Shown: positions 10,214-19,990 of the stretch, piece by piece
How the letters are laid out: the number at the start of each line of letters is the position of its first letter
Position numbering within the stretch: position 1 is the stretch's first letter
Origin: a bacterium
Lineage (GTDB): Bacteria; Patescibacteriota; Patescibacteriia; UBA1558; UBA10009
Length of the DNA: 64,000 bases
NCBI GenBank assembly: GCA_018672055.1
Contig: JABHGM010000001.1
Location: forward strand, 200,884-264,883
Direction of reading: 5' to 3'
Program-made: the position numbers and the translations under genes
Notes under the pieces: model-generated
What the model saw: the letters and a program-made list of their open reading frames with translations, nothing else
Told to the model about the DNA's origin: nothing
Database searches by the model: none

Positions 10214-10606
10214 TTATTTATCCTCTACTTTTTCTTTTGGTTTTTCTGCAAGAATTGGTTCGGAGCTCATTGAAACTTTGCCATTTAATTTAGCACCCTT
10301 AGCTACAGTAAGTGATCCAGTGGTAATATCACCTTTGATTTTTGCAGTAGTTGCTAAATCTAAATCTGAGGTAACAATTATGTTGCCAGAAATTTCTCCA
10401 GAGATATTAGCGCTACCAGCTTCAACATCAGCAGTGATTTTGGCTTCGTTGCCAACCTGTAAATGTCCTTTAGTTTTTAAACTTCCTAAAACTATACCTT
10501 CCACTACTATATCTCCCTGTCCTGAAAAATCACCTTCTACTTTTACAGAAGGTCCAATGACAGTTTCTATAGAATCAGAAGAGTTTCTTTTTTCTTCTTT
10601 AAACAT
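10214..10606 (-). CDS. Bactofilin family cytoskeletal protein
   Basis: 130 aa. Repetitive beta-helix-like V/I-x-G-D/N repeats (VKVEGDFSGQGDIVVEGIVLGSLKTKGHLQVG...) typical of bactofilin/DUF583. Confidence 0.7.
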   Translation of the reverse strand: MFKEEKRNSSDSIETVIGPSVKVEGDFSGQGDIVVEGIVLGSLKTKGHLQVGNEAKITADVEAGSANISGEISGNIIVTSDLDLATTAKIKGDITTGSLTVAKGAKLNGKVSMSSEPILAEKPKEKVEDK

Positions 10607-10740
10607 ATTTAATTAATTTAATTAATAAGCAAGTTAAATTTTAGTTAAATACTTAAATCTTGTCAAAGGATAAGTTGTGAATTTAGACAATAAGCTAAAT
10701 TTATATTATATTATATAGACTTATACATAACATAAATTAT

Positions 10741-10881
10741 ATGGAACAAGATCACTTTAAATCAGACCTAGTAAAAATTATAGTATTATTTGCTATATTT
10801 TTAGGAATCGTAATTGCTTTGGCAATATGGAACAAAAACACCGGCATCTTTGGTATAGTTGCTGAAAGAATATTAGGATAG
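10741..10881 (+). CDS. Possible small membrane protein (46 aa)
   Basis: MEQDHFKSDLVKIIVLFAIFLGIVIALAIWNKNTGIFGIVAERILG, with one TM helix. No clear SD. Below the ORF-track size cutoff. Confidence 0.25.
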   Translation: MEQDHFKSDLVKIIVLFAIFLGIVIALAIWNKNTGIFGIVAERILG

Positions 10882-10960
10882 TATTTTACGACGCTTAATA
10901 TTGCCTAATATTACGTTAAAATTGAATAAATAAGCAAAAAGTTCCACAAGGAACTTATTT

Positions 10961-11035
10961 GCCCCGGTAGTTCAACGGACAGAACATTGGCCTCCTAAGC
11001 CGAAGATTTAGGTTCGATTCCTGATCGGGGCACCA
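10961..11035 (+). tRNA. tRNA-Arg (anticodon CCT), CCA encoded
   Basis: GCCCCGGTAGTTCAACGGACAGAACATTGGCCTCCTAAGCCGAAGATTTAGGTTCGATTCCTGATCGGGGCACCA; anticodon loop CTCCTAA. Confidence 0.85.
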
Positions 11036-11060
11036 AATTTACCTAATATTAGCTAAAATA

Positions 11061-11089
11061 TTGACATTATATGAATTATAAGATATAAT
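11061..11089 (+). promoter_or_regulatory. Consensus sigma70-type promoter for the tRNA-Ala-trxB unit
   Basis: TTGACA at 11061-66, a 17-nt spacer, and TATAAT at 11084-89. The tRNA starts 13 nt downstream. Confidence 0.6.
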
Positions 11090-11101
11090 ACTATAACTTT
11101 G

Positions 11102-11178
11102 GGGCCCGTAGCTCAGTTGGTTAGAGCGCCTGCATGGCATGCAGGAGGTCGCCGGTTCGATTCCAGTCGGGTCCACCA
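11102..11178 (+). tRNA. tRNA-Ala (anticodon GGC), CCA encoded
   Basis: GGGCCCGTAGCTCAGTTGGTTAGAGCGCCTGCATGGCATGCAGG...CGGGTCCACCA. It has the G3:U70 Ala identity pair; anticodon loop ATGGCAT. Confidence 0.85.
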
Positions 11179-11203
11179 GATTAATTTAATAAAAAATAAA
11201 TAT

Positions 11204-12109
11204 ATGGAGAAGGTAATAATTATAGGATCAGGTCCATCAGGTTTAACAGCTGCGATATATGCAGCTAGAGCTGATTTAAAACCAATGGTATTTCAAGGCA
11301 AAGAACCAGGTGGTCAATTAATTTGGACTACAGAGGTTGAAAACTTTCCTGGATTTCCAGATGGTGTCATGGGGCCTCAATTAATGCAAAATATGCAGAA
11401 ACAGGCTGAAAAATATGGTGCTAATCTTGTGTCTGAGACTGTAAAAAGCGTTGATTTTAGCCAAAAACCCTTTAAAATAGTTACTAATACCAAGGAATAT
11501 GAGTCAGAATGTATTATTATAGCAACTGGAGCCAGATCAAGAATGCTTGGACTTTCCAATGAGGATAAATTATTAGGCAAAGGTGTTCATACCTGCGCTA
11601 CTTGTGATGGTGCATTTTATAGAGATAAAGATGTTATGATAGTAGGTGGTGGAGATACAGCTATGGAAGAAGCTACATTTTTAACTAAATTTGCTAAAAA
11701 GGTATATATTTCATACAGAAAAGACGAATTTCCAGCATCTAAGGTAATGCAAGAAAAAGCTAAAAATAATGATAGAATTGAGATTCTATGGAATACTGAG
11801 ATAAAAGAGTATATTGGTACAGATAAGTTAGAAGTAGTAAAATTACTTGATAATAAGAAAAATGAAGAAAAAGAGCTTAAATTAGATGCAGTATTTTTAG
11901 CAATTGGTCATATACCAAATACTGAAATATTCGAAAATCAGCTAAAACTAGGCAAAAATAACTATATTGAACCAATAAATAATGTATTTACTGAGACAGA
12001 GGGCATATTTGTAGCAGGTGATGTTGCTGATTGGAGATACAGACAAGCTATTACTGCAGCTGGATTTGGCTGTATGGCAGCGTTAGAAGCTGAAAAGTAT
12101 TTATCATAA
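11204..12109 (+). CDS. trxB: Thioredoxin-disulfide reductase
   Basis: The track ORF 11099 reads through the tRNA, so the start is moved to the ATG at 11204 (MEKVIIIGSGPSGLTAAIYAAR). Redox-active CATCDG, and an NADPH-binding GGGDTAMEEA motif. Confidence 0.9.
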   Translation: MEKVIIIGSGPSGLTAAIYAARADLKPMVFQGKEPGGQLIWTTEVENFPGFPDGVMGPQLMQNMQKQAEKYGANLVSETVKSVDFSQKPFKIVTNTKEYESECIIIATGARSRMLGLSNEDKLLGKGVHTCATCDGAFYRDKDVMIVGGGDTAMEEATFLTKFAKKVYISYRKDEFPASKVMQEKAKNNDRIEILWNTEIKEYIGTDKLEVVKLLDNKKNEEKELKLDAVFLAIGHIPNTEIFENQLKLGKNNYIEPINNVFTETEGIFVAGDVADWRYRQAITAAGFGCMAALEAEKYLS

Positions 12110-12121
12110 ATTGAATAAAAA

Positions 12122-12153
12122 AAGCGTATATTTATAATAATATGCGTTTTTTT
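12122..12153 (+). terminator. trxB rho-independent terminator
   Basis: aagcgtata...tatgcgtt hairpin followed by TTTTTTT. Confidence 0.6.
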
Positions 12154-12480
12154 GTTCCACAAGGAACATTATTTAAACAGATTTTAGGAATAATTAGGAT
12201 ATTTAGCTAAGATTAGTTACATATAAGAGTCGTAAAATATATATAGTAATATACTATATATAAATATAAAAAAACTCACCGATATATTAATTTTCAATGA
12301 GTTTGCCTGAATTGTAGTCTTTATAACTTAATTCAGATTTGGCTAGATTTTCCATCGGTATTCTTATATACGCTCCATACATTATACAAATCGATACGAC
12401 AATTGTACCTAGTACTATAATACCAATAAATACGTTAAGTATATTTTCTTTAAACCGTTTCAATGATAACCTCTTAATAA

Positions 12481-12630
12481 TTAGTTTTGCTGGATATTTT
12501 CAATTTTCTGTCCTAGACTTCGTTTTATGATTTTTTCGTATATAAACCCGCTCATAACAACTAAGAAAATTATAAATGGAATACTAAATGTAATTAAAAC
12601 TTGCCAATTAGTTTTTTTTGGATTATTCAT
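12481..12630 (-). CDS. Small membrane protein (49 aa) with strong SD
   Basis: The reverse complement has AAGGAGGA 8 nt upstream of ATG. Product MNNPKKTNWQVLITFSIPFIIFLVVMSGFIYEKIIKRSLGQKIENIQQN. The + strand track ORF 12339..12530 is its antisense. Confidence 0.4.
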   Translation of the reverse strand: MNNPKKTNWQVLITFSIPFIIFLVVMSGFIYEKIIKRSLGQKIENIQQN

Positions 12631-12763
12631 TTTATTATCCTCCTTATTTTGAATTTCCAAGTTTATCTTACCAAATACGCCTTTTAAGTCAATTGGTTTA
12701 CAGTCTTAATAAAAAGGTATATAATAGATTAACTCTTAATTATTTAAATTAATAAAAATCAAT

Positions 12764-13084
12764 ATGGCAGAAGTAAAAATAACTCAAGATAACTTTGAGT
12801 CAGAAGTATTAAAAAGCGATAAACCAGTTTTGGTTGATTTTTTTGCAACTTGGTGTGGTCCATGTCAAATGTTAATGCCAATTATTGAGGAATTATCAGA
12901 AGAATATGATGGTAAGGTAAAAATTGCTACATTAGATATAGATGAAAATCAAGAACTTGCTCAAAAGTATCAAGTTTCTTCAGTTCCTTCACTTGTTATT
13001 TTTAAAGACGGCGAAGAAGTAGAAAGAATGATGGGCTTACAACCAAAAGAAATATTAAAAGAAAAGCTAGATAAATTATCATAA
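12764..13084 (+). CDS. trxA: Thioredoxin
   Basis: 106 aa with the WCGPCQ active site. Confidence 0.9.
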   Translation: MAEVKITQDNFESEVLKSDKPVLVDFFATWCGPCQMLMPIIEELSEEYDGKVKIATLDIDENQELAQKYQVSSVPSLVIFKDGEEVERMMGLQPKEILKEKLDKLS

Positions 13085-13136
13085 TATATTTTTAATTCCC
13101 TGTAATTAATTTACGGGGTTTTTATATCCAATAATC

Positions 13137-14387
13137 ATGGAAAAATCGTTTCAAAAAACTCTAGATCAATTAAATAAGTCAGCTAAACTTTTAAAGTTAG
13201 ACGACGAGATAATTAAAAAACTTTCAACTCCTCAAAATATATTAACTAAAGAATTAGTAATTAGTGGAGATAAAAAGTTTGAAGCTTTTAGAGTTCAACA
13301 TAATAATACTAGGGGACCATTTAAAGGTGGTATACGCTATCATCCAGATGCCGATTTAGATGAAATTGAAACTTTAGCTCTTTTAATGGCAATTAAATGT
13401 GCGGTTGTTGATATTCCAATGGGTGGCGGTAAAGGGGGTGTTAAAGTTAATCCTAAAGAGTTAAGCATAGAAGAGCTAGAAGAATTGTCACGTGCATGGA
13501 TAAAAGCCTTTAAAGATAACATAGGGCCTAATGTTGATGTGCCTGCTCCTGATGTTTATACTAATTCACAAATAATGGATTGGATGGCTGATGAATATGG
13601 TAAATTGACTGATAAATATGAACCAGCCATTATTACCGGAAAGTCAATAGATAAAGGCGGAAGTGAAGGTAGAGACATTGCTACAGCTCAAGGCGCTTTC
13701 TATATTTTAGAAGAGTTAATTGAAAAATTAAATTTAAAACCAAAAGAAACCACTGTAGTAATTCAAGGATTTGGTAATGCTGGATTTAATATGGCTAACT
13801 TAGTTTATGAGGCTGGGTTTAAGTTAATTGGTTTTTCTGATTCAAAAGGAAGTATTTTTGACTTAAAGAATGGCGGCATGAATCCAGAGAAAGTAATGGA
13901 ATCCAAAAAAGAACAAGGTCAGATACATAGTTGTTATTGCTTAGGTACAGTTTGTGATTGTGAGAACTATGAAAGTTTAAGCAATGAAAAACTATTGGAA
14001 ATAGAAACTGATATATTAATACCTGCTGCTTTAGAAAATCAAATTACTGAAGAAAATGCAGATAAAATTAAAGCTAAGATAATAATTGAAATTGCTAATG
14101 GCGCTGTAACCCCAAAAGCTACAGAAATATTACATAAAAAAAATATATTAGTTATTCCTGATGTTTTAGCTAACGCTGGTGGAGTTACTGTTTCATATTT
14201 TGAGTGGTTACAAAATATTAACGATGAAAAATGGCCACTTGAAAAAGTATTAACCCAGTTAAAAGATATAATGGTTAAAGCATTTAATAATACATGGTTA
14301 ATTGGTGAAAATTATAATACAGATTTAAGAACAGCTGCTTTTATTCTAGCGCTTGGTAGAATTGTTGATGCTATGGAAAATAAATAA
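13137..14387 (+). CDS. gdhA: Glutamate dehydrogenase (Glu/Leu/Phe/Val dehydrogenase family)
   Basis: 416 aa. GGGKGG and KGGIRYHP motifs, and an NAD(P)-binding GFGNAG motif. Confidence 0.85.
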   Translation: MEKSFQKTLDQLNKSAKLLKLDDEIIKKLSTPQNILTKELVISGDKKFEAFRVQHNNTRGPFKGGIRYHPDADLDEIETLALLMAIKCAVVDIPMGGGKGGVKVNPKELSIEELEELSRAWIKAFKDNIGPNVDVPAPDVYTNSQIMDWMADEYGKLTDKYEPAIITGKSIDKGGSEGRDIATAQGAFYILEELIEKLNLKPKETTVVIQGFGNAGFNMANLVYEAGFKLIGFSDSKGSIFDLKNGGMNPEKVMESKKEQGQIHSCYCLGTVCDCENYESLSNEKLLEIETDILIPAALENQITEENADKIKAKIIIEIANGAVTPKATEILHKKNILVIPDVLANAGGVTVSYFEWLQNINDEKWPLEKVLTQLKDIMVKAFNNTWLIGENYNTDLRTAAFILALGRIVDAMENK

Positions 14388-14449
14388 ATATTTTATTTGG
14401 ATAAACAACTTCGTTCCATTAAGAACGATTTTTTGATATAATAAATTAT

Positions 14450-15010
14450 ATGGCTGAAAAGAAAATAGCTGGGGGAAATGAATTATTAAACCCAGCTCAT
14501 ATTTTAAAAAATGAGTTAGAAATCTTACCTAAAACCTTGGTAGGCGATTTAGGTTGTGGTTCTATGGGATTTTTTACTTTGCAAGCTGCTAAATTAGTTG
14601 GTGATCAAGGTAAAGTATATGCTGTAGACATCTTAAAAGATGTCTTATCTGCTGTAGAAGGCAGAGCTAGGCAAGAAGGGTTATATAATATAAGGACTGT
14701 TTGGTCTAATTTAGAGACAGTTGGAGCCACTAACATTAAAGAAGGTATTCTAGACTATACTCTATATGTAAATACCTTATTTCAATCAAAGAAAAATAAA
14801 GAAATGCTTGAAGAAGCTTATAGATTATTAAAAGAAGGCGGTAAATTACTAGTTGTTGATTGGAAAACAGCCACAGGACCTATTGGACCTACTCCAGATA
14901 CTAAGATTAGCTCAGATCAAGTAAATCAAAAAGCAATTAGTCTTGGTTTTAGATTAGAAAAAGAGTTTGATGCTGGTGAAAATCATTATGGTTTAATTTT
15001 AGTGAAATAG
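14450..15010 (+). CDS. Class I SAM-dependent methyltransferase
   Basis: 186 aa with motif I VGDLGCGSMGF. Confidence 0.6.
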   Translation: MAEKKIAGGNELLNPAHILKNELEILPKTLVGDLGCGSMGFFTLQAAKLVGDQGKVYAVDILKDVLSAVEGRARQEGLYNIRTVWSNLETVGATNIKEGILDYTLYVNTLFQSKKNKEMLEEAYRLLKEGGKLLVVDWKTATGPIGPTPDTKISSDQVNQKAISLGFRLEKEFDAGENHYGLILVK

Positions 15011-15066
15011 TATTAAAATAATCAAAACTTGATTATTTTTTTATTTTCTCTTAATATATATGTAAT

Positions 15067-15465
15067 ATGTTTACAAATGTTCTACAACTTAGTTTTTGGT
15101 TCGATGTTAGGGCCTCAGTATTTACTTCATTGCTATTTTGGATATTTACTATATTTTTTATACTAGTTTTAGCTTTTGCTATATATTCAACATATTTCCT
15201 TAAGAAAAAAGCAAAAGGCGGTACTACACAGGTAATTTGGACAAAACTTTCATATTTAACATATAGTACTGGAATTGTAGGCTTTATCTTAATGTTCCTT
15301 AAACAACAAAGAGCTGCATATCTTGGAATGAGAGTTTGGTTAATGTTATGGCTCTTAATATGTTTTATTTGGTTACTTTTTATTATTAAATATATAGTTA
15401 AAGAAGTGCCTAGAATTAAAGAAGAAAGGTTAGCTAGAAAAGAATTTGATAAGTATTTACCCTAA
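15067..15465 (+). CDS. Hypothetical integral membrane protein
   Basis: 132 aa with four predicted TM segments. Confidence 0.4.
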   Translation: MFTNVLQLSFWFDVRASVFTSLLFWIFTIFFILVLAFAIYSTYFLKKKAKGGTTQVIWTKLSYLTYSTGIVGFILMFLKQQRAAYLGMRVWLMLWLLICFIWLLFIIKYIVKEVPRIKEERLARKEFDKYLP

Positions 15466-15549
15466 TTATCCATAGGTTATAAACAAGTTTTGCGCTTGAT
15501 TAAATAGTTGATTTGCAGTTAAGTATACATATACTTAACTTTTTTAATT

Positions 15550-16545
15550 ATGAAGAATAAATATATATTACAAAGCGGGCTATTATTATCCCTCTTTTTA
15601 TTACTCTTATTGTTACCTACTAAAACATTTGCTTTAGAAGGTGACTGTATTGTTAAGTATTGTTTTGTTCCAGCACCAACTATTTTAGTGCCAGAGAATG
15701 ATAGTGTAGTAGGCAAACTTCCGGTTTTTAGGGCTTTAACTTGGAAACCTACTATTGTTAAGCTGTTTGTTGATGATATTGAAGTTGAAAACGTGGAACA
15801 AAAGAAGCACGAAGATCAATATGGTAGCGTGTTTGCTAGTTTAGATTACAATTTAACTCCAGGTGATCATTATGTTTATGCAATTGCTTATCATGAAAAT
15901 GGTGGTTGGGGTGGACAGAGTAAAGTGTCAAAATATATTTACTTTAATGTTGAAAATGAAGTAATTACTACACATCAAGAAGAAGTAATATATAATAATG
16001 AGCCATTAATTGATGTAATTAGCGATCAGAATGTACCACAATTTGAAGTAATTAATAAAAATACAGATGGACAAGTTGAAATAACAGAGCAGGGTATTAT
16101 AGAAGGTGGCGTTTTTGTAGAAAAAGATGAGGAATATGTAGTTAATGAAATACAAGAAACAGCCAGTGTAACTGATTTAGATACAATGTTACAAGATGAG
16201 TTTATAGAATCTGGACAACAAGAAACAGAGAAACGTAATCGTTTTATTGGTTTAATAATGTTAATTATAATATTACTAATTACTATTATTTGGTTCTCCC
16301 TAGACTATATTAATAGTCGTAGGATAAAAATGTTAGATGAAGAAGATGAAGGCTATTTACCACCGCCACCAGAACCGCCTAAAGGTAGGAATGTAAAGAG
16401 TGAAGATATCAGCTATCATGAAATAACAGATGAGTGGTTAGATCAAATGGAAGGACCTCCGCCTTCACAATCCTCTCCTTATCCAGTGCCTGATTCTGAG
16501 CTAGAAGTTATTGATGAAGAAAAAAGAAATGATTTAGGACTATAG
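15550..16545 (+). CDS. Hypothetical type-I membrane protein (signal peptide, extracellular beta-rich domain, TM, Pro-rich cytoplasmic tail)
   Basis: N-terminal LLLSLFLLLLLLP signal, a mid-protein TM segment IGLIMLIIILLITIIWF, and a C-terminal PPPPEPP...PPPSQSSPYPVP stretch. Confidence 0.45.
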   Translation: MKNKYILQSGLLLSLFLLLLLLPTKTFALEGDCIVKYCFVPAPTILVPENDSVVGKLPVFRALTWKPTIVKLFVDDIEVENVEQKKHEDQYGSVFASLDYNLTPGDHYVYAIAYHENGGWGGQSKVSKYIYFNVENEVITTHQEEVIYNNEPLIDVISDQNVPQFEVINKNTDGQVEITEQGIIEGGVFVEKDEEYVVNEIQETASVTDLDTMLQDEFIESGQQETEKRNRFIGLIMLIIILLITIIWFSLDYINSRRIKMLDEEDEGYLPPPPEPPKGRNVKSEDISYHEITDEWLDQMEGPPPSQSSPYPVPDSELEVIDEEKRNDLGL

Positions 16546-16629
16546 TTGACAAACGATAAATAAGATACTAATATATAAAGTAAGCTAGTGTTAATACACT
16601 AGCTTCTTTCATAAATTAATTATAAAAAT

Positions 16630-17919
16630 ATGGATAATTTACAAGAAGCTATACAACAAATATGTGAAGAAAAGAATATATCTTTTGAATCTGTTTTAGA
16701 AACCATTGAAGCAGCTTTAGCTGCTGCCTATCGTAAAGACTTTGGTGAAAAGAATCAGAATGTTAAAGTTAACTTTGATGTTGTTTCACAAGATATGGAT
16801 GTATATGATATTAAAACTGTAGTTGAAGACATGGATTTAGAAGAACTTGAAAAGCAAAGGGAAGAATATGAAGCTAAAAGAGAAGCAGGTGAAGAAATTG
16901 ATGAGAGCGAAATAAAGAGATTTAATCCTAAAACTGAAATAATGCTAGCTGAAGCTAAAGAGAATAAGGCTAAAGCTAAAATTGGTGATGAAATTAAAAC
17001 TAAATTAGAAGTACCTGATGAATTTGGTAGAATGGCAGCTCAAACTGCTAAACAAGTTATTATTCAAAGATTAAGAGAAGCTGAACGTGAAAATATATTT
17101 GCTGAATTTAAAGAAAAAGAAGGAAGTATTGTTACAGCTGTAATTCAGAGAAGAGAAGGCAGAATGGTTTATTTAGATATTGGCCATACTTTAGCTGTTA
17201 TGAACCAAGACGGACAAGTTATGAGTGAAAAATATACTTCTGGGCAAAGACTAAGAGTATTTATTGTTTCAGTTGAAATGACTCCTAAAGGCCCTGAAAT
17301 TTTAGTTTCTAGAACTCATTCTGATTTAGTTAAGGAGCTATTTAAATCAGAGGTACCAGAAATTAGTTCTGGTATTGTTGAAATAAAAGCCATAGCTCGT
17401 GAAGCAGGTATGCGTTCTAAGATAGCTGTAAGTTCTAATCAAGATACTATTGATCCCGTTGGTTCTTGTGTTGGACAACGTGGTACACGTGTACAAACTA
17501 TTATTACAGAGCTTGGTGGAGAGAAAATAGATATTATTGAATGGCATAAAAATCCAGAAAAGTTTATTACTAATGCTTTATCTCCAGCTAAAGTTGAATC
17601 ATTAAAATTAAATGAAAAAGAAAAAACAGTTTTAGTTAATGTAAAAGACGATCAATTGTCTTTAGCTATTGGTAAGAGTGGTCAGAATGTAAGGCTTGCT
17701 GCTAAGCTTACAGAGTGGAAAATAGATATTGAAGGTGCTGAGAACATAGCAAAAGAAGAATCTAAAGAAGAAGTAGAAGATGATAAGAAAGAAAAAAAGT
17801 TAGATAAGGAAGAAAAACCTGTTAAAGAAAAGAAAGTTAAAGCAAAAACTAAAGCTAAAGATAAAAAAGAGACTAAACCTAAAAAGAAAAAGGCAGCTCC
17901 AAAAAAAGATAAAAAATAA
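16630..17919 (+). CDS. nusA: Transcription termination/antitermination factor NusA with Lys-rich C-terminal tail
   Basis: NusA N-terminus (MDNLQEAIQQICEEKNISFESVLETIEAALAAAYRK), S1 domain, two KH domains (GxxG). The final ~60 aa form a KKEKK-type tail. Confidence 0.85.
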   Translation: MDNLQEAIQQICEEKNISFESVLETIEAALAAAYRKDFGEKNQNVKVNFDVVSQDMDVYDIKTVVEDMDLEELEKQREEYEAKREAGEEIDESEIKRFNPKTEIMLAEAKENKAKAKIGDEIKTKLEVPDEFGRMAAQTAKQVIIQRLREAERENIFAEFKEKEGSIVTAVIQRREGRMVYLDIGHTLAVMNQDGQVMSEKYTSGQRLRVFIVSVEMTPKGPEILVSRTHSDLVKELFKSEVPEISSGIVEIKAIAREAGMRSKIAVSSNQDTIDPVGSCVGQRGTRVQTIITELGGEKIDIIEWHKNPEKFITNALSPAKVESLKLNEKEKTVLVNVKDDQLSLAIGKSGQNVRLAAKLTEWKIDIEGAENIAKEESKEEVEDDKKEKKLDKEEKPVKEKKVKAKTKAKDKKETKPKKKKAAPKKDKK

Positions 17920-17948
17920 TATATATAATTAAAATTAATTAAAAAATT

Positions 17949-19943
17949 ATGACATCAGGATTAATATTTTCATTAGTCGCAGCTGTTGTTGCGATAATCT
18001 ATGGGGGCATTTTAATAAAAATTGTTAATAACAAGCCAAAGGGTGATGAAAAGATGCAAGAAATTGCGCAAGCAATTCAAGTAGGTGCTAAAGCATATCT
18101 AAATCGTCAATATAGAACGATTAGTATTATTGCTTTAGTTTTTTTCATTCTCTTGTGGGCTTTTCTAGAAATAAATACAGCTCTTGGTTTTTTAGTTGGT
18201 GCTGTATTATCAGCCCTAGCTGGATATATTGGTATGAACATTTCTGTTAGAGCCAATGTTAGAACTTGTGAAGCTGCTAAAACAGGATTAGCTCCTGCTT
18301 TAAACGTCGCAGTTTGGGGCGGTGCTGTTACTGGTCTTTTAGTTGTTGGTTTGGGACTTTTAGGTGTAGCTGGATTTTATGCATTAACCGGAGATGTTAA
18401 AGCGCTTATTGGTCTTGGTTTAGGTGGAAGTTTAATTTCAGTATTTGCTAGACTTGGTGGTGGTATTTTTACAAAAGCTGCTGATGTTGGCGCTGACTTA
18501 GTTGGTAAAGTTGAAGCTGGTATACCAGAAGACGATCCTCGTAATCCTGCTGTTATTGCTGATAATGTTGGTGATAATGTTGGTGATTGCGCTGGTATGG
18601 CCGCTGATTTATTTGAAACCTATGCTGTTACTTCAGTTGCTGCTATGTTACTTGGGCTTTTAACATTTGGGCAGAATCCTGACGTTTTAGTATATCCTTT
18701 AGTAATCGGTGGTATTGCTATTATTGCTTCAGTTATTGGAGTTATGTTTATTAAACTTGGAAAGAGTGGAAATATTATGGCAGCTTTGTACAAAGGGTTA
18801 GCTGTAGCTGGTATATTATCAGCTATTGCTCTTTATCCTGTTACTAAATGGTTAATGAGTGACATATCTAAGTATAGCGTTAATGATCTTTACTTAGCTT
18901 CTTTGATTGGTTTAGTAGCTACTACTCTAATGGTGGTAATTACAGAATATTATACATCTACTAAATACAAACCAGTTAAAGAAATAGCTAAAGCTTCAGA
19001 ATCGGGTCATGGTACTAATGTTATTTCAGGCTTAGCAATTTCAATGCAGTCTACTGCTTTACCTATAATTGTTATCGTAGCTGCTATTTGGGGCTCATAT
19101 CAATTAGCTGAACTCTATGGTATAGCTATTGCTGCTATGAGTATGTTATCTTTAGCTGGTATTATTGTTACTATTGATTCATATGGACCAATTACAGATA
19201 ATGCTGGTGGTATTGCTGAAATGTCTGGGCTTGATGAGAACGTTAGAAAAAATACTGATGCTTTAGATGCAGTTGGTAATACAACAAAAGCTGTTACCAA
19301 GGGTTATGCTATTGCTTCTGCAGGGCTTGCTGCTTTAGTTTTATTTGCAGCATATGTTCAAGAGTTTGCCGAATATGGGGTACACTTAAAATTTGATTTA
19401 ATTGATCCTATGGTAATAATCGGACTATTTATTGGTGGAATGTTACCATATCTATTTTCAGCTCTAGCTATGAAAGCTGTTGGTAAAACAGCCGGTGATG
19501 TAGTTAAAGAGGTAAGACGTCAATTCAAAGAAATTCCAGGAATCATGGAAGGTACAGCTAAGCCAGATTATTCTAGAACAGTCGATTTAGTTACTAAGTC
19601 TGCTCTTAAACAAATGATTTTACCTGCTTTAATTCCAATTATAGTTCCTGTCTTAGTAGGCTTCCTATTTGGAGCCGTTGCCCTTGGCGGATTATTAGTT
19701 GGTAGTATTGTAACTGGAATGTTTGTAGCTATCTCTATGACTTCTGGTGGTGGTGCTTGGGATAATGCAAAGAAATATATTGAAGAAGGTAATTACGGCG
19801 GTAAAGGCAGTGAAGCACATAAAGCAGCTGTTACTGGTGATACTGTTGGTGATCCATACAAAGACACAGCAGGACCTGCTATTAATCCAATGATTAAGAT
19901 ATTGAATGTAGTAGCTCTTTTATTAGTAGCCTTCCTTGTTTAA
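17949..19943 (+). CDS. hppA: Membrane-bound ion-translocating pyrophosphatase
   Basis: 664 aa, polytopic. [28 protein letters not shown] and [13 protein letters not shown] motifs. Confidence 0.9.
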   Translation: MTSGLIFSLVAAVVAIIYGGILIKIVNNKPKGDEKMQEIAQAIQVGAKAYLNRQYRTISIIALVFFILLWAFLEINTALGFLVGAVLSALAGYIGMNISVRANVRTCEAAKTGLAPALNVAVWGGAVTGLLVVGLGLLGVAGFYALTGDVKALIGLGLGGSLISVFARLGGGIFTKAADVGADLVGKVEAGIPEDDPRNPAVIADNVGDNVGDCAGMAADLFETYAVTSVAAMLLGLLTFGQNPDVLVYPLVIGGIAIIASVIGVMFIKLGKSGNIMAALYKGLAVAGILSAIALYPVTKWLMSDISKYSVNDLYLASLIGLVATTLMVVITEYYTSTKYKPVKEIAKASESGHGTNVISGLAISMQSTALPIIVIVAAIWGSYQLAELYGIAIAAMSMLSLAGIIVTIDSYGPITDNAGGIAEMSGLDENVRKNTDALDAVGNTTKAVTKGYAIASAGLAALVLFAAYVQEFAEYGVHLKFDLIDPMVIIGLFIGGMLPYLFSALAMKAVGKTAGDVVKEVRRQFKEIPGIMEGTAKPDYSRTVDLVTKSALKQMILPALIPIIVPVLVGFLFGAVALGGLLVGSIVTGMFVAISMTSGGGAWDNAKKYIEEGNYGGKGSEAHKAAVTGDTVGDPYKDTAGPAINPMIKILNVVALLLVAFLV

Positions 19944-19961
19944 AATAATATTAATATATAT

Positions 19962-19990
19962 AAAAGCCCGGCTTTAAGCCGGGCTTTTTA
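19962..19990 (+). terminator. hppA terminator
   Basis: aaagcccggc-tttaa-gccgggcttt hairpin followed by TTT. Confidence 0.7.

Noticed and set aside
10278-10616. 112-aa + strand ORF
   Set aside because: Antisense shadow of the bactofilin gene.
11099-11203. N-terminal extension of the trxB ORF (MGPVAQLVRAPAWHAGGRRFDSSRVHQ…)
   Set aside because: This stretch is the tRNA-Ala(GGC) gene read as protein. The real start is the ATG at 11204.
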